Source: a virus
Lineage: Duplodnaviria > Caudoviricetes
Length of the DNA: 25,608 nucleotides
IMG/VR virus record: IMGVR_UViG_3300032225_001959
Location: 1 to 25,608 of that record
Direction: 5' to 3' (one strand)
Below the pieces are notes generated by a model that was not told where the DNA came from, ran no database searches, and was given only the letters and a program-made list of their open reading frames with translations. This document shows, one piece after another, positions 23,962 through 25,608 of the stretch (its first letter is position 1; each line of letters begins with the position of its first letter). Made by a program: the position numbers and the translations under genes.

Positions 23962-24414
23962 TTATTCTCCTTGTAGTTGTGATGTGTCGTATGTTTTGAA
24001 AAAGATGTCTTTCTTAACCGGGCCGTAATCACCAGGGCCATGACGCACAATGTAGTCGTTGCCACGAGTGTATTCTAAGTTGCCCCAGGTGGCTTTAATT
24101 ATACCGTCATGATCTGCTAGTTTGGCCAGTTTAGTAACGCCGCCTTTTGGTGTGCCAGTACCATCTCCGTTATCATCGTACTTGCTGTGAAAGTTATCTG
24201 GATCCATGGGCCAGAATTCTCCTTTGGCACCTGGGCCCATGATGTAGTGACCCTTCTTGTGCGGAACAGGACCTTCTAAAGTTTTAGTAACACCGTCCTG
24301 TTGAGCAATAGTATATGGAACAGGAATAGGCTTTTTAAAAGTTTCGAATCCGCCGTCACGAAACCATGCATCTGTAACGCCTTGCTCTTCCATTAAATTA
24401 ATTAAATTTCTCAT
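23962..24414 (-). CDS. PGDYG-family protein with an internal duplication
   Basis: Contains the literal HGPGDYGPVKKDIFFKTY and an earlier related unit, TLEG...GHYIMGPGAKGEFWPMDPDNFHSKY. Confidence 0.7.
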   Translation of the reverse strand: MRNLINLMEEQGVTDAWFRDGGFETFKKPIPVPYTIAQQDGVTKTLEGPVPHKKGHYIMGPGAKGEFWPMDPDNFHSKYDDNGDGTGTPKGGVTKLAKLADHDGIIKATWGNLEYTRGNDYIVRHGPGDYGPVKKDIFFKTYDTSQLQGE

Positions 24415-25511
24415 AGTTCAGGTAATTCCTCGTAATCAATTGAGTCACTCATGACGCCAATAACATAGTTAGTTGACTCGTTCTCCTGCAGTGCAGTTTG
24501 TTTCTTGCTGGTATCTACATGTTTGGTAAACCATGGAATAGGTGTAGAGCGCGGTGCTGGCTCAGTATATTTGATGCCAATTTCTTTCAGTGCCGCATTG
24601 GCAGTGTAGTCCACAAAGTCTTTGAGAATATTGGCATTGAGTCCTATCACAGGACCTTTCTGGAACAGGTAATCAGCCCAGGCTTTTTCTTCACGGATCA
24701 CCTCCAGGTACATTTGATACACTTCAGTCTCACATTCCAATTTGGCTTCAGCAAAACGTGGATCTTCCTTGACCACTTGATTGATCAACCAGCCGGTCCA
24801 CTCTTTGTGTAGCAGTTCGTCCTGTAGGATTAACTGAATAATGTTGCCATTGCCAATAAAGATCTTGTTTTCTACCATGGCTAGGCTTGTGGCAAAACTC
24901 ACCATGAAGCGAAACGCTTCCAAGGCATAGGAGGCATTCAGTGCCAACCAAATGGCCTTGATATGTTCGCGTTCAGCAAACTCTTCTAGTAGTTCTTTGC
25001 GACAATTGATCATGTGCAAGCGATCGTAGTAGTTGCCCACACTTGATGCCATGTCTACAATCTCTTGTGTGTCGTGGATTGTGTTGAACACATCCTTGGG
25101 CACGTTGTAAATGTTGCGAATGATGTGACTGTAACTGCGAGAGTGAATGTTGGTTTCAAAGAATGTCCAGTTGTAGACTAAACTTTCTAGTTCAGGAATA
25201 CTCACAACAGGTGTAAAGATTTGGCTGGGGCCACGACCCTGCAAACTGTCCAAGGCTGTTTGACGCAACAGGTTACTTGTGAAGATATGCTTGACTGTGT
25301 CCGATGCGTCTTTGAAGTCTTGTGCGTCTTTGGTCAGAGAAATTTCTTCAGGTACCCAAAAGAATCCACGTGCTTCTTGTTCGTACTTGACCAGTTTATT
25401 GTATTTGACTTCTTCAAATCGTTGAATGGTCACAGGACCTGCTGGATCCAGGAACATTTTTCTTGAAAGATAATCTGTTTTTGTTTTTAAATTGTATTGT
25501 GCTTGACTCAT
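24411..25511 (-). CDS. nrdB: Ribonucleotide reductase class Ia beta subunit
   Basis: FFWVPEEISL, QTALDSLQGR, ETNIHSRSY (radical Tyr), LEAFRFMVSF, DELLH and C-terminal ALQENESTNYV. Start at MSQAQY with an AGGA SD. Confidence 0.95.
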   Translation of the reverse strand: MSQAQYNLKTKTDYLSRKMFLDPAGPVTIQRFEEVKYNKLVKYEQEARGFFWVPEEISLTKDAQDFKDASDTVKHIFTSNLLRQTALDSLQGRGPSQIFTPVVSIPELESLVYNWTFFETNIHSRSYSHIIRNIYNVPKDVFNTIHDTQEIVDMASSVGNYYDRLHMINCRKELLEEFAEREHIKAIWLALNASYALEAFRFMVSFATSLAMVENKIFIGNGNIIQLILQDELLHKEWTGWLINQVVKEDPRFAEAKLECETEVYQMYLEVIREEKAWADYLFQKGPVIGLNANILKDFVDYTANAALKEIGIKYTEPAPRSTPIPWFTKHVDTSKKQTALQENESTNYVIGVMSDSIDYEELPEL

Positions 25512-25608
25512 TTGTATTTTCCTGATGCAAGTACTATCTTGCAAATATGTTCTAATCTCTCTATGTGCTCATAGGCACGCCATGGTGTGACATCAATTGC
25601 CACAACCC
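25508..25608 (-). CDS. C-terminal end of a probable class II aldolase/adducin family protein (partial)
   Basis: Hand translation: VVAIDVTPWRAYEHIERLEHICKIVLASGKYK*. ATGA overlap with nrdB. Only 32 residues are visible. Confidence 0.55.
   Translation of the reverse strand, partial: VVAIDVTPWRAYEHIERLEHICKIVLASGKYK

Noticed and set aside
556-25466. Numerous 60-150 aa ORFs antisense or out of frame to the recognised genes (e.g. 4406..4840, 9054..9413, 9861..10307, 10564..11061, 21577..21930)
   Set aside because: They are shadow ORFs fully overlapping confidently identified genes, with no motifs or translation signals.
454-25544. Longer N-termini given by the track for 454..705, 8627..9889, 15444..15785, 19533..19739, 22791..23111, 23092..23763 and 24411..25544
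   Set aside because: The extensions overlap upstream genes, promoters or terminators. Downstream ATGs have SD motifs, promoter spacing or start/stop coupling.
1-25608. Cellular (bacterial chromosome) origin suggested by clpX, clpS, rpsU, yccA, hsp20 and nrdB
   Set aside because: The normal bacterial contexts (clpP-clpX-lon, clpS-clpA, rpsU-dnaG) are absent. The ATP-dependent ligase, orphan PAAR, many small unknown ORFs and tight packing point to a large phage.
1-25608. CRISPR array, tRNA genes, transposases, introns/inteins in nrdB, ligase or clpX, and stop-codon recoding
   Set aside because: I saw no spaced direct repeats or cloverleafs. The recognised genes are of normal length and uninterrupted under the standard code.

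Overview
This is a gene-dense segment, mostly on the minus strand, of a large tailed dsDNA phage (myovirus/jumbo-phage-like). The host is probably a Gram-negative proteobacterium; this is inferred from a lipobox lipoprotein, an outer-membrane beta-barrel and the ClpX/ClpS/bS21 types. In transcription order (right to left) it carries: the end of a class II aldolase-family gene, nrdB, a PGDYG-family protein, glutaredoxin, a SAM methyltransferase, an Sm-fold-like protein, a PAAR protein, a 679-aa probable virion protein, a small OM beta-barrel, small early-type genes behind near-consensus sigma70 promoters, ATP-dependent DNA ligase, an FG-GAP lipoprotein, YccA/BI-1, a promoter-driven structured noncoding stretch of about 190 nt, a membrane protein, a clpX-bS21-hsp20-clpS block, a metallophosphoesterase, a sugar-modification cluster, uvsE, a candidate small RNA of about 70 nt and a partial BPL_N/GATase-like gene. 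The sugar cluster holds a UDP-sugar dehydrogenase, a 2OG-Fe(II)-like oxygenase, a StrB1-like amidinotransferase and a divergent glycosyltransferase-like gene. The most interesting signals are two unannotated structured RNA candidates, a ROSE-like RNA thermometer on hsp20, two promoter classes (TTGACA/TATAAT and TAAATA) that both appear to make leaderless mRNAs, the putative guanidino-sugar pathway and the proteostasis block. I saw no tRNA, rRNA, CRISPR array or transposase. All family assignments come from recognising motifs by eye, not from database searches.
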